The notes beneath the pieces are model-generated. The model did not search any database. It saw nothing but the letters and a program-made list of their open reading frames with translations, and was not told where the DNA came from. Positions 12,887-24,814 of a DNA stretch of 64,000 nucleotides are shown here, piece by piece (the stretch's first letter is position 1; every line of letters starts with the position of its first letter). Both the position numbers and the translations under genes were made by a program. This stretch comes from Mobula birostris (taxonomy: Eukaryota), in the NCBI RefSeq assembly GCF_030028105.1, contig NC_092379.1, positions 28,885,821-28,949,820 of the forward strand. Direction: 5' to 3'.

Positions 12887-15522
12887 CAGTGGTCCCCAAA
12901 CACCGGCCGCGGACCGGTACCGGGCCGCAAAGCATGTGCTACCGGGCCAAGGGGAAACGATAAGATTTGGCGATATGAAACCATATGAGTCAGCTGCACC
13001 TTTCTTCATTCCCTGTCACGCCCACTGTTGAACTTGAACTCACGCGAGGTCATTACTCACGCGATGACATCAGTTGGTCAATCACCTGCAAGTACTCAAT
13101 GAGTAAAAGAGCAAACGTCGCTTGAGAGTTTCTTTGAAATAGATGGTCGCAGACATAAAAAAGCCTAACGATGACGGTAACGCAGAGACAGCTGAGGCCG
13201 AGACTGCAAAAGAAAACAGAAAAAGTCGTTCAACAGAAAATGGTGACTCGCACGTTCCAGGCCCCCTTGTGTGTGATTTGTGGCGACAAGCTGTCCAAGG
13301 AGGCAATGAAGCCCTCAAGACTGCTTCGGAACCTTGAGTCCAAGCACCCCGTATTTAAAGACAAAGCCGTTGAGTTGTTTGAGCGGGAGAAACGTGATCA
13401 AGTGGGACAGAAGCAAGGGCTGAGGGCCACCACCTCCACAAATGCTGCTGCTCTGAGAGCGTCGTACTCAGCGGCTAGCCGGATTGCTAAGGCTAAGAAG
13501 CCTTTGACTGTCGGTGAAGAATTGATTCTGCCTGATGCCAAAGACATATGCTGTGAACTGTTGGGAGACCCTGCATCTAGCAAGATGGCACAGATTTCTC
13601 CTTTAGCTACCACAATCTCAAGGAGAATCGATTACATAGGGGAGGACATTGAAGCACAGCTGTTTGAACGACTTAACTAATCTGGTTTCACTACCCGAGT
13701 CAAATAGGTTGCTCCTGAATGACAGTCTACACACGGTGTAACACACAGGGAAATGCTGGCCAGCAGAAAAATGTCACCTGACTTTAAGAGCGTATTGAGT
13801 GACGTTGTTGAAGTTATCAATCACATCAAAGCAAAAGCCCTGACCTCACGTCTGTTTGAGCAGCTTTGCGAGGAAATGGGTACAGAGCACAAACGCCTTC
13901 TCTTACACACTGAAGTCAGTTGGCTATCAAGGGGGAGCGCCCTGGCCAGGGTTTTCGAGAGGGAAGGGCGGCTACAGATATTTCTTTCGAGAAAAAAATC
14001 ACCACTGGCAGCACACTTCAGTGACGAGGAGTGGACAGCAAAACTCGCGTATGTGTGACATCTTCAACCTGCTCAATGAACTCAATTTGTCACTTTAGGG
14101 GAGAATCACAACTGTCTTCAAGCTGGCAGATAAAGTGTCTGCTTTCACAGCTAATCTGGAACTGTGGGGACGGCGAGTGGACGGGCACATATTTGACATG
14201 TTCCCACCATTAGCTGGGAATCTGGGAGAAACTGAGGCTCACAGCTGGTGCAGGAACACCTAACTTCGCTGTCGACAGAATTAGAGTGTTACTTCCCAAC
14301 CGCATCTGACCCAAGACATGCAAAGCAATGGGTCCGTGACCAATTTGTGAATGTCCCTGGGGAATCATCTATGTCAGCGCGAGAAGAAGGTCAACTCATC
14401 GAGCTAGCAAATGACGGTGGGCTGAAAAGTATGTTTGACATAACGTCCCTTCCGGCATTCTGGATCAAAGTCAAGGCTGAAAATACTGAGACAGCCACGA
14501 AAGCACTGAAAACGTTGCTTCCATTTCCAACATCATATCTCTGCGAAGCGGAGTTTTCTGCAATGAATGCATTGAAATCCAAATTGCGGAATAGACGGGA
14601 CATAAGGAACCCCCTTATAATTGACTTATCACTATATTCATGCGAGGAAAATATGCGCTGTGTGTTTAGTATTAAATTCGTTAGGTAAACCCTTTTAGAA
14701 ACGAAATTGAGTGATTAGATTAGATTATTAGATTATGAGGACACGCAGTCCTCTTTTATTGTCATATAGTAATGCGGGCATTAGGAAATGATACAATATT
14801 CCTCCGGTGTGATATCACAAAAACACAGGACAAACCAAGACTGAAAAAAGAACAAATCCACATAATTATAACATATAGTTACAATAGTACAACAATACCA
14901 TAACTTTTTGAAGAACAGTCCATGGCACAGTAAAAAAGGTCGAAGTTTCTCGAAAGTCCCACATCTCATGCAGACGGGAGTAGGAAGAAAACTCTCCCTG
15001 CCATACCCGACTGCACTCCGACTCTGAGTCGCCCGAAAACTTCGAGCTCTGATCAGCCCTCCGACATCGAATACCAAGCACCATCTCTGTCCGGAAGTTC
15101 CGAGCTCAGCCTCGTTCGCCAGCAGCAGGCAAAGCCGGGGATTTTAGGGCCTACCCTTCGGCGATTCTCGATCGCACAGTAACAACAGCAGCGAACCAGA
15201 CATTCCAGAAATTTCTCCAGATGTTCCTCTGCTTCTCACGCCTGTCTTCATCAAATCCGAATTGTCCACGGCTCCTATTTAACAGATACGATATCATTTT
15301 CACCGGAGAGCCGCGCGCGCGTCGCGCTGCCATCTTCTCCTCCCGCCTGAGCGTATTATTCACTGACTGAGAATATTAGATTGAGTCAATAGCCACTCAT
15401 AAGTGACTTAGAGTTGACGTATGACCTATATTCCGGTAGCCACCCCACCCCCCTCGGCCAGTCCGCAAGAATATTGTCAATATTAAACCGTTCCGCAGTG
15501 CAAAAGAGGTTGGGGACCCCTG
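12887..15522 (+). mobile_element. Buster/Charlie-type hAT DNA transposon, internally deleted and decayed
   Basis: TIRs CAGTGGTCCCCAAAC and GGTTGGGGACCCCTG; transposase remnants PLCVICGDKLSKEAMKPSRLLRNLESKHP, LLLHTEVSWLSRG, LLPFPTSYLCEAEFSAM; the catalytic DESTD region is missing. Confidence 0.9.
14713..15350 (-). mobile_element. Non-autonomous retroelement nested in the hAT
   Basis: Starts with a (TAGAT)n tail and TTTATT; interrupts the hAT between the transposase end and the right TIR; truncated homologue at 47.87-48.3 kb. Confidence 0.55.
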
Positions 15523-17180
15523 CTCTAACAAACCCAATGTTTGTGAGAGGCGCCGTATCCTTATGGGTTGAGTTAAGAAACTGCAAGGGTTAAGGAACCC
15601 TGCTGGCAGTTGTATGCAAACCTCCCGACAGTATGTAGAATGTGGAGCACAGATTACAAGAGGAAATGGAAAAGGCGTCTCAAAGGATAATGTTATGATA
15701 GCCATGGGAGATGACAACATGCAGGTAGATTGGCGAAGTCAGGTTTGATATGGATCTCAAGAGAGTGAAACAACATCTTAGAGCCGATTGTCCATCACCC
15801 TGCACGGCGATCAGTTGTACAGGATTGGGTGTTGTGTGATAAACTGGAGATAATTAGTGACCTTAGGATAAAAGAACAATTTCAAGGCAGTGATCCAAAT
15901 ATGACTGAGTTCAACTTGAAATTTGCCAGTGAGAAAGTAAAATCTAACGAAGCAGTATTGCAGCACAGCAAAGGAAATTTCAGTGGCATGTGTGTGGAGC
16001 TGGCCAATGAATTCAGAATGCAGGACTTGAAAGGACAGGCTGCAAGGGTGGACAACAGAGCAGTAAGTGCGTGAATTTCTGGGGAAAATGAGAAAGGAGC
16101 CCGATAGCTGTATCCAAAAAATGAGGATATACGCAGATGGAAAAGCAGTACAACCGTGGCTGACAAGGGGACTCAAAGCTAACGTAAGAGCAAAAGAGCG
16201 GGTATACAACTAAGCAAAAATTAGTAGCAAGACAAAGGATCAGGAAACTTTCAAAACCCGAGAGTAAATCTAAAAGAATCATTAGGAGGAAAAAGATGAT
16301 ATGTGAGCGCACACCAGCAAACAATGTCAAGGTGGATAAAAAAGGTATTTTCAAGAATGTAAAAAAAAAGAATTGAATTGAGAGTGCATATCGAAAGCAA
16401 GAAAATGTAGCCGAAGAAATAATGCTGGGAGACAAGTTGATGGCCGATGAACGATATGAGTATTTCGCATCAGATTTCACAGTGGAAGACCCGAGCAGCG
16501 GGTCAGACGTTGAAGGGTGCAAGGGAAGATATGTGATTGCAATTACAGTTACAAGGGTGAAGGTCCTCAAAACGCTGAAGGACAGAAGAGCATATAAGTC
16601 ATCCGAACAACATGAACTGCACCCTTGCGCCCTGAAAGTGGTAGCCGTAGAGATTGCGGAGGCATTAGGAATGATTTTTCAAAATCATTGTCAATGATAT
16701 AGATGATGGAATATATGGCTGCGTTGCGAAGTTTGTAGATGATACAAAGATTGACGGAAGAATAAGTCGTTCTGAGGAAACATGCAGGCCACAGAAGGAC
16801 AGAAAGATGAGGAGAAAATGTAAGAGAGTGGTCGCGAAGTACAATGCACCAAAACGCATATCATGCATATTGGTATAAGAAATAAATGTGCAGACTATAA
16901 TGTAAAAGTTCAAAAATCTACGATGTAGGGAGACTTGGAGGATCCAAGTGCAGAACACCCTGACAGCTAACTTCCAGGTAGCGTCTGTGGTGAGGAAGGA
17001 AAATACGCTGTTAGCATTCCTTTCAAGATGTCCAGAATACATGGGCAGAGATGTAATGCAGAGGATTTATAAGACACTTGAGTCCACATCTTGAGCATTG
17101 TAAACAGTTTTGGGTTTCTATTGTAACAAAGATATAGTGGCATTGGAAAGGGTTCAGAGGACAGTCACATGTATGACACT
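15523..17180 (+). mobile_element. Decayed CR1 LINE fragments (EN and RT)
   Basis: Remnants such as GSDPNMTEFNLKF, LKVVAVEIAEALGMIFQ and CVAKFVDDTKI; homologous to 48.5-50.2 kb. Confidence 0.7.
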
Positions 17181-17327
17181 GTCAGTCCCGCAAGCAAAGC
17201 AGCTGTCCAACTAACTGTAAAATGTAGTCAGTAATTTCTCCCCTTTCCCCCGGAGTTTCGCCTTCTTAAATCAATCACGTGACAGTAGTAGATATGTGTT
17301 TGCGCTCCGGCTGTCTTTCGGCAAAGG

Positions 17328-17341
17328 GCTCCCTCTAGCGA
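17328..17341 (-). promoter_or_regulatory. CTCF-like motif downstream of the V4 RSS
   Basis: TCGCTAGAGGGAGC, 23 bp beyond the nonamer; identical at 50335-50348. Confidence 0.55.
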
Positions 17342-17364
17342 GCGGCCACTGCATCACGGAGGTC

Positions 17365-17403
17365 GGATTTTGTCTGAAGCCGTCATCGCCTTGCAACACT
17401 GTG
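17365..17403 (-). other. Near-consensus 23-RSS of V4
   Basis: CACAGTG + 23 bp (TTGCAAGGCGATGACGGCTTCAG) + ACAAAATCC. Confidence 0.95.
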
Positions 17404-17836
17404 GGCATCATGGCACAAAGATAAACAGCGGAGTCCGACACAAGAGCACCAGAGATGTTGAAATGGGCTGCCTTGCTGCCACGCTGCCAACCAGCGGTAA
17501 ACCTCGCTGGACATTCTGGATGCCGTTCCATCGTGCCAGTGCTATATACCCTCAGCAAATATCTTGGAGATTCCACGCGATGCTGAACGTACCAAACAAT
17601 AGACTGAGGATTGCCAGTGTAATTACAGTTCAGTGTTACAACTTGTTCTTCCGCAATCGTTAATTCAAGAGGCCATTGCGTCACCGAATCTTTACCATTT
17701 GTTCCTACAATAAAAGGACAGAATGCATGAACAGATCGGGCTTTCTTCGGACAGACTGAACAGATATAGGGCGTTACCGCGGAGACTCACCGGGCAGCAT
17801 AGTCAATATAATCAGCAGATAACACAGAGAATTCAT
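17404..17836 (-). CDS. Intact TCR V segment V4 (TRAV/TRDV-like, family C); leader 17791-17836, V exon 17404-17704
   Basis: MNSLCYLLIILTMLP/GTNGKDSVTQWPLELTIAEEQVVTLNCNYTGNPQSIVWYVQHRVESPRYLLRVYSTGTMERHPECPARFTAGWQRGSKAAHFNISGALVSDSAVYLCAMM; 86-nt GT-AG intron; consensus heptamer. Confidence 0.92.
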
Positions 17837-17959
17837 GGCGTCTGGCTTCAAACTCGATCGAAAGACAGCTTACTTTCAACAAGTTGATATCCTTGACTGA
17901 TATAGAAGAGTAAAATCAGATCTGCAGCATATTCCAGCTGGCGTAAATATTGGGTGTTG

Positions 17960-18020
17960 CCCTGCCAATGCATTGATTGGCTGTGAGCACCAATCTGCGC
18001 CGGTCGGAGCACCAATCACA
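17960..18020 (-). promoter_or_regulatory. Putative V4 promoter with four CCAAT boxes
   Basis: CCAAT at 17965, 17990 and 18012; ATTGG at 17976. Confidence 0.5.
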
Positions 18021-18224
18021 GATCGGTTTGTTTCAGTCCTTTATATGTTTTTATAAATCCGACGCCCGGAGCTGTAAATAGCGTCGCGCTAACCACTGTG
18101 TGAGAGTGATTATACCACACTCTACCCCCACCCCCCGCCCGATGTTTATCGCTCTACTCTCTGTCCTATCGATCACAATCTCCCGCTCTCTCACTTCTTC
18201 ATTTCTCTTGTGTCTGCTGGAGTA

Positions 18225-19815
18225 ATCCCGTGAGAGCGTGAGTGACGCCGAATCATGATGATGTATAGCACGCGCTAACTGATGAAGAAGAAATTATATA
18301 GACAGAGCATCCATTAAAATAGCAACAAGCACGAATGTGATTCGGTGTCTGCATTAACTTCAACAATAGGATATTATCAAATTGTGACCCAGGTAAAGGT
18401 AATTACATAACATGAGGAGCATCAGAGGCTAGGGAGAGTCATGCGCCCCTTCTCTCGAACAGGATTAGTATGTTGTCTATGATGTGCCTTCGACTCGACT
18501 GGAGATTGACTCCATGTCAACTTCCCTTAGAGCTTCATTTTTCGCCTCTTACTTTGCATAGTGTAGTGGATGGCAGTTGTGTTTTCTTCATTGCAGATGT
18601 TGGAGACCTAAGAGGTCCAGAGTGTCCCAGGGAACTACATCTGCAAGGAATGTATCTGGCTGAAGCTCCTTGAAGACCATGGTAGGGATCTGGAGTGACC
18701 AGCTCAATGACCTTCGGCTTATACAGCAGAGCGAGAACATAATCGATCGGTGTCATAGGGAAATAGCCACCGAAAAGCTGCAGGAGGCAAGTGGCTATTG
18801 GACTATCAGGAGAAATGGAAATCTGAATAGACAGTTAGAGCAGAGCCCATCTGTGATCATTCCTGTCAATAGTAAGAATATTTTATCTGCATACCGATGT
18901 GGGGAATGAACTCCCAGGGGAATGCTAGAGCGACAGGGCTACTGCCACGGACCATAGGTCCGTGCTGCAGATGGGAAAGAGGAAGAAGAAGGGAGCGGTA
19001 GCGATAGGGGACTCTTCAATCATGGGAACAGACAGGAGATTCTGTGGACGTGAACACGACACGCTGATGGTATGCTGCCTCCCAGGTGCCAGTTCCGAAT
19101 CTCGTCCACGATATTTTACAGAGGGAGGAACAGCATCCAGATGTCCTGGTACACATTGGCACCAATCACACAGGAAGGAAAAGCACAGAGATTCTGAAAA
19201 GTGTATTTGCAAAGCAGGGAAGAAGGCACTAGCAGATGTTGATGGGTACGAGGGAAGTAAAGTTACTATTACAAGGCTCAAAGAGCCGAAAGAGCTAAGT
19301 CACCCGTACCAGATGCACTGCAACCTCTGGTTCTGAAAGAAGTAGTAGCACTAGCTGTTTTGCAGGAGGTAGCGAATAGCACTATAATAATCCGGTTGGT
19401 TGCCTCTGGCAAGTGGTGCTTTGCAGGTGTCCGTGCTGGGAGTAATGCTTTTTATGCTGTACGTCAATGAATTAAATGATAGAATCCTTAGCTTTGTTGC
19501 CATATTGCAGACTGATGAAGGGTCGGGGTGTATTGATAAAACAGGTAATCTGCAAAAAGCCGGAGACAAATGACAAGAATGGGAAAGAGAGTGGTAAGTG
19601 AAATATAATCTTCGAAAATCCATGGTCATGCACTCTGTTGCAAGAAATAACTGTGCAGACTATTTTCTGAACGTGGACAAAAGCCAAAACTAAGATGTGC
19701 AAAGATGAAACGAGGCTTGGTAGTCCCTGTGCAGAACACCCTAAAGGTTAATTTTCTCCCAGAATCGACGGTGTGGAATACAAATACAATGTTAGAACTC
19801 ATTTCAGGGGATCGA
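18225..19815 (+). mobile_element. Decayed CR1 LINE (ORF1 zinc finger/esterase and RT remnants)
   Basis: GAVAIGDSSIMGTDRRFCGREHDTLMVCCLPGA (CR1 ORF1 esterase); RT remnants; homologous to 53.8-55.8 kb. Confidence 0.7.
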
Positions 19816-20085
19816 GAATACAACAATGGTCTTGCGGTCTTACCCTCTCTTCCAAAATGGGCAAATTTTAGCGGAATTTCAGTTTTTCGCTTTCGACCCT
19901 CTTTGGGTGTCTTCTTCTTGCTGTATCCGTACCATAATATGTTACGTTCCCTTCTTTGTCTCCCTTAATCACTCTAATCGCCTGTTTCTTCCCTTGTCTG
20001 CTCATTCGCTGTACACTGCTCTTTCCGTTTCTCTTTTTTCCGTCCTCCACTTTTCTCTCTGTCGTTCGTTCTCTCACTTTCCATT

Positions 20086-20240
20086 NNNNNNNNNNNNNNN
20101 NNNNNNNNNNNNNNNNNNNNNNNNNNNNNNNNNNNNNNNNNNNNNNNNNNNNNNNNNNNNNNNNNNNNNNNNNNNNNNNNNNNNNNNNNNNNNNNNNNNN
20201 NNNNNNNNNNNNNNNNNNNNNNNNNNNNNNNNNNNNNNNN
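20086..20240. other. N run (gap or masked low-complexity DNA)
   Basis: 155 N following a CT-rich tract. Confidence 0.95.
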
Positions 20241-20304
20241 CTTCTATCTATGGGATGTCCCTGACCGGGTGAACAACATCCTGCTACGAGAGAGAAAGCA
20301 ACTA

Positions 20305-23300
20305 GAATAGACAATAGACAACAGACAATAGACAATAGGTGCAGAAGTAGACCATTCGGCCCTTCGAGCCTGCACCGCCATTCTGAGGTCATGGCTGATC
20401 ATCTGCTATCAATACCCAGTTCCTGCCTTGTCCCCATAACCCTTGATTCCCCTATCCTCAAGATACCTATCTAGCTCCTTCTTGAAAGCATCCAGAGAAT
20501 TGGCCAACACTGCCTTCTGAGGCAGCGCGTTCCACACCTCCACAACTCTCTGGGAGAAGAAGTTTCTCCTCAACTCTGTCCTAAACGACCTACCCCTTAT
20601 TCTTAAACCATGCCCTCTGGTACTGGACTCTGCCAGCATCTGGAACATATTTCCTGCCTTATCTTGTCCAATCCCTTAATAATCTTATATGTCTCAATCA
20701 GATCCCCTCTCAATCTCCTTAATTCCAGCGTGTACAAGCCCAGTCTCTCTAACCTCTCTGCGTAAGACAGTCCAGACATCCCAGGAATTAACCTAGTGAA
20801 CCTACGCTGCACCTCCTCCACAGCCAGGATATCCTTCCTTAACCCTGGAGACCAAAACTGCACACAATACTCCAGGTGTGGTCTCACCAGGGCCCTGTAC
20901 AAGTGCAAAAGGATTTCCTTGCTTTTGTACTTAATTCCCTTTGTAATAAAGGCCAACATTCCATTAGCCTTCCTCACTGCCTGCTGCACTTGCTCATTCA
21001 CCTTCAGAGACTGATGAACAAGTACTCCTAGATCTCTTTGTATTTCTCCCTTACCTAACTCCACACCGTTCAGATAATAATCTGCCTTCCTGTTCTTGCT
21101 CCCAAAGTGAATAACCTTACACTTATTCACATTAAACGCCATCTGCCAAGTTTCTGCCCACTCACCCAGCCTATCCAAGTCACCTTGAATTCTCCTAACA
21201 TCCTCATCACATGTCACACTGCCACCCAGCTTAGTATCATCAGCAAACTTGCTGATGTTATTCACAATGCCTTCCTCTAAATCATTGACGTAAATCGTAA
21301 ACAGCTGTGGTCCTAATACCGAACCCTGTGGACCCCACTAGTCACCACCTGCCATTCCGAGAAACACCGATTCACTGCTACCCTTTGTTTTCTATCTGCC
21401 AACCAGTTTTCTATCCATGTCAATACCTTCCCCCACAATGCCATCAGCTCTGATTTTATCCACCAATCTCTTATGTGGTATCTTATCAAATGCCTTCTGA
21501 AAGTCAAGGTACACCACATCCACTGGATCTCCCGCGTCTATCTTCCTGGTTACATCCTCGAAAAACTCCAATAGATTAGTAAGCATGATTTGCCCTTGGT
21601 TAATCCATTTTGGCTCGGCCCAATCCGATCACTGCTATCAAGATATGCCGCTATTTCATCTTTAATAATGGACTCTAGCATCTTCTCCACTGCTGATGTT
21701 AGGCTAACAGGGCGATAACTCTCTGTTTTCTCCCTCCCTCCTTTCTTAAAAAGTGGGATAACATTAGCCATTCGCCAATCCTCAGGAACTGATCCTGAAT
21801 CTAAGGAACATTGGAAAATGATCACCAATGCATTTGCAATTTCCAGAGCCACCTCCTTTAGTACCCTAGGATGCAGACCATCTGGACCTGGGGAATTGTT
21901 AGCCTTCAGTCCCATCAGTCTACTGATCGCCGTTTCCTTCCTAATGTCAATCTGTTTCAGTTCCTCTGTTGCCCTATGTCCTTGGCCCATCCATACATCT
22001 GGGGGATTGCTTGTGTCTTCCCTAGTGAAGACAGATCCAAAGTACTTATTGAATTCGTCTGCCATTTCTCTGTTTCCCATAACAATTTCTCACAATTCAT
22101 TTTTCAAGGGCCCAACATTGTTCTTAACTATCTTCCTTCTCTTCACATACCTAGAAAAACTTTTGCTATCTTCCTTTATATTCCTAGCTAGCTTGCGTTC
22201 ATACCTCATTTTTTCTCCCCGTATAGCCTTTTTAGTTAAGTTCTGTTGCTCCTTAAAAATTTCCCAATCATCCGTCTTTCCACTCACCTTAGCTCTGTTA
22301 TACTTCTTTTTTATTGCTATGCTATCTCTGACTTCCTTTGTCAACCACTGTGGCCACTTTCCCCCCTTTGAATCCATCCTTCTCCGGGGGATGAACTGAT
22401 TTTGCACCTTGTGCATTATTCCCAAGAATACCTGCCATTGCTGTTCCACTGTCTTTTCTGCTACGATATCCGACCAGTCAACTTTGGCCAGCTCCTCCCT
22501 CATGGCTCCATAGTCTCCTTTGTTCAACAGCAATACTGACACTTCTGATCTGCCCTTATCCCTCTCAACTTGCAGATAAAAACTTATCATATTATGGTCA
22601 CTACCTCCTAACGGCTCCTTTACTTCAAGATCACTTATCAAACCCTGTTCATTGCACAACACTAAATCCAGAATAGCCTTATCCCTGGTCGGTTCTCGTA
22701 CAAGCTGCTCCAAAAATGCATCCCGTAGGCACTCTACAAACCTCCTATCCTGAGGTCCAGTACCAACCTGATTTTCCCAGTTCACCTGCATGTTGAAATC
22801 CCCCATAACGACTGTGACATTTCCTTTGCCACATGCCATTGTTAACTCCCTATTCAACTTGCACCCAATATCCATGCTACTGTTTGGGGGCCTGTAGATA
22901 ACACCTATTAGGGTCTTATGCCCTTACTGTTCCTCAGTTCTATCCACACTGACTCTACTTCTCCTGATTCAATATCCCCCCTTGCAAGGGACTGAATCTC
23001 ATTCCTCACCAACAGGGCCACACCACCCCCTCTGCCCAACTTTCTGTCCCTTCGATAGCACTTATACCCTTGTACATTCAATTCCCAGGTCTGATCCCCC
23101 TGCAGCCATGTCTCTGTTATCCCAACAACATCATAGTTACCCATTCGCACCTGAGCTTCAAGCTCATCCGCCTTATTTCTGACACCGCGCATTCAGATAT
23201 AGAATTTTAACCCATTTCTCCTCTCTCTGTTTAACTCGCTATTTATTGTGCATAACCCAGCTCCCCGAACTCTTACCGGGCTATACGCCCCTTGAATTTT

Positions 23301-24700
23301 GTTGTCCTTCTTAAATTTACCTACTCTTTCTGCACATTTAACTCCATGCTCCGTCAGACCATCCCTCTGCACATGTATCCTCCTTATCACTCATTCCGCC
23401 TCACCTTTCTCTACTTCACACTTAGTATTCCAGAACCATCTAGACCCCACCTGTCGATTATACTTCAGCTCGCTGTCCTCTCTCACGTTCTGGATCCCAG
23501 CCCCCTGCAAATTTAGTTTAAACCCCCTCCCCAAGCAGCACTAGCAAACTTTCTTGCAAGAATGTTAGTCCCCCTCCAGTTCAGGTGTAAACGGTCCCGT
23601 CGGAACAGATCCCACCTTCCCTGAAACAAAGCCCAATTATCTAAAAACCTGAAGTCCTCCCACCTGCACCATCCTCTCAGCCACGTATTGATCTGTATAA
23701 TCCTTCTGTTCCTCGCCTCACTCGCACGTGGCACAGGTAGAAATCCTGAGATGTTACCCTGGACGTCCTGCCCTTCAGCTTCGCACCTATCTCCCTGAGC
23801 TCACTACGCAGGACCCCCTCACTCTTCCTACCCACGTCGTTGTTCCCTACGTGGACCACAACATCTGGATTCTTGCCCTCCCTCTCGACAATAACGTGCA
23901 CCCGATCTGAGATGTCCCTGACCCCGGCACCAGGGAGGCAACATACCATCCGAGACTCCCGATCTCCCCCACAAAATATCCTACCTGCCCCCCTGACTAT
24001 AGAATCCCCTATTACTACCGCTGTCCTCTCTTCACTCCTCCCCTTCTGAGTCGAGGGTCCAACCTCGGTGCCAGAGACAGGACCACTGAAATTAGGTCAT
24101 CCCCACCAACAGTATCCAAAACGGTATACTTATTGTTGATGGGAATGGCCAGAGGGATGCTCTGCTCTCTCTGCCTGCTCCCCCTCGATCTCCTGACAGA
24201 CACCCAGTTGCCTACCTCCCGGGTATTTTCGGTGTGACTACCTCCCGATAACTCTTATCTATCTCTGTCTCTGCCTCCCGAATGATCCGTAGTTCATCCA
24301 GCTCCAGCTCCAATTCCCTAACTCGCTCTGATAGGAGCTGCAGCTAGATGCACCTTCTACAGATGTGGTCATCAGGGACAACTGCGTTGACCCTGACCTC
24401 CCACATACTGCATACGGAGCACAGCACTGCTCCCACTATTTCCACCATTACCTGATCCCAGATTAATCAGAATAAATGAAAAAGTACCTACCGACCTTAC
24501 CTTTTTTCCTCAGCAGGCACGTACTCAGGCTCTCTGATTACCTCTCACCGAAGACCCCCTTACGCCGAAGCCCACTGAGCCAAATCAGCACTCTGCTCCC
24601 GCGCACTCCGCTGCCCGCGCCGGAAAGTGGGCCTCTTTTGAAACTCCGTCCTTGACGCTGATGTCACCCGCGCTTGCGCAGCTTTACCTTCCTCCTCAGG
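20305..24700 (-). mobile_element. Near full-length CR1 LINE with frameshifts
   Basis: ORF1 esterase pieces (23513-23949), endonuclease (VVGITETWLQ; VVMGDFN), RT (VVYLDFQKAFDKI; ISKFADDTKLGG), 3' (TCTATTG)n tail at ~20305-20340. Confidence 0.9.
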
Positions 24701-24814
24701 TAATGCCTAGGTAGTCCCGATCTTACTCAGCCTACCTACAAAGGCTGATCCTCCGATCCTCCGATCTCCAGTCGTCCGTCTACCTCGAGCACTCCTGGCT
24801 CCCACACCGACACT

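Noticed and set aside
13171-14688. ZBED5/SCAND3-like host gene
   Set aside because: Bounded by TIRs, broken by stops and missing the catalytic segment; it is a transposon remnant.
18094-18100. Extra heptamer upstream of V4
   Set aside because: No nonamer at 12 or 23 bp; the context resembles a tRNA-derived SINE head fragment.
19826-20392. ORFs spanning N runs (also 36456, 56450, 61262-61754)
   Set aside because: Artefacts of N being read through as X.
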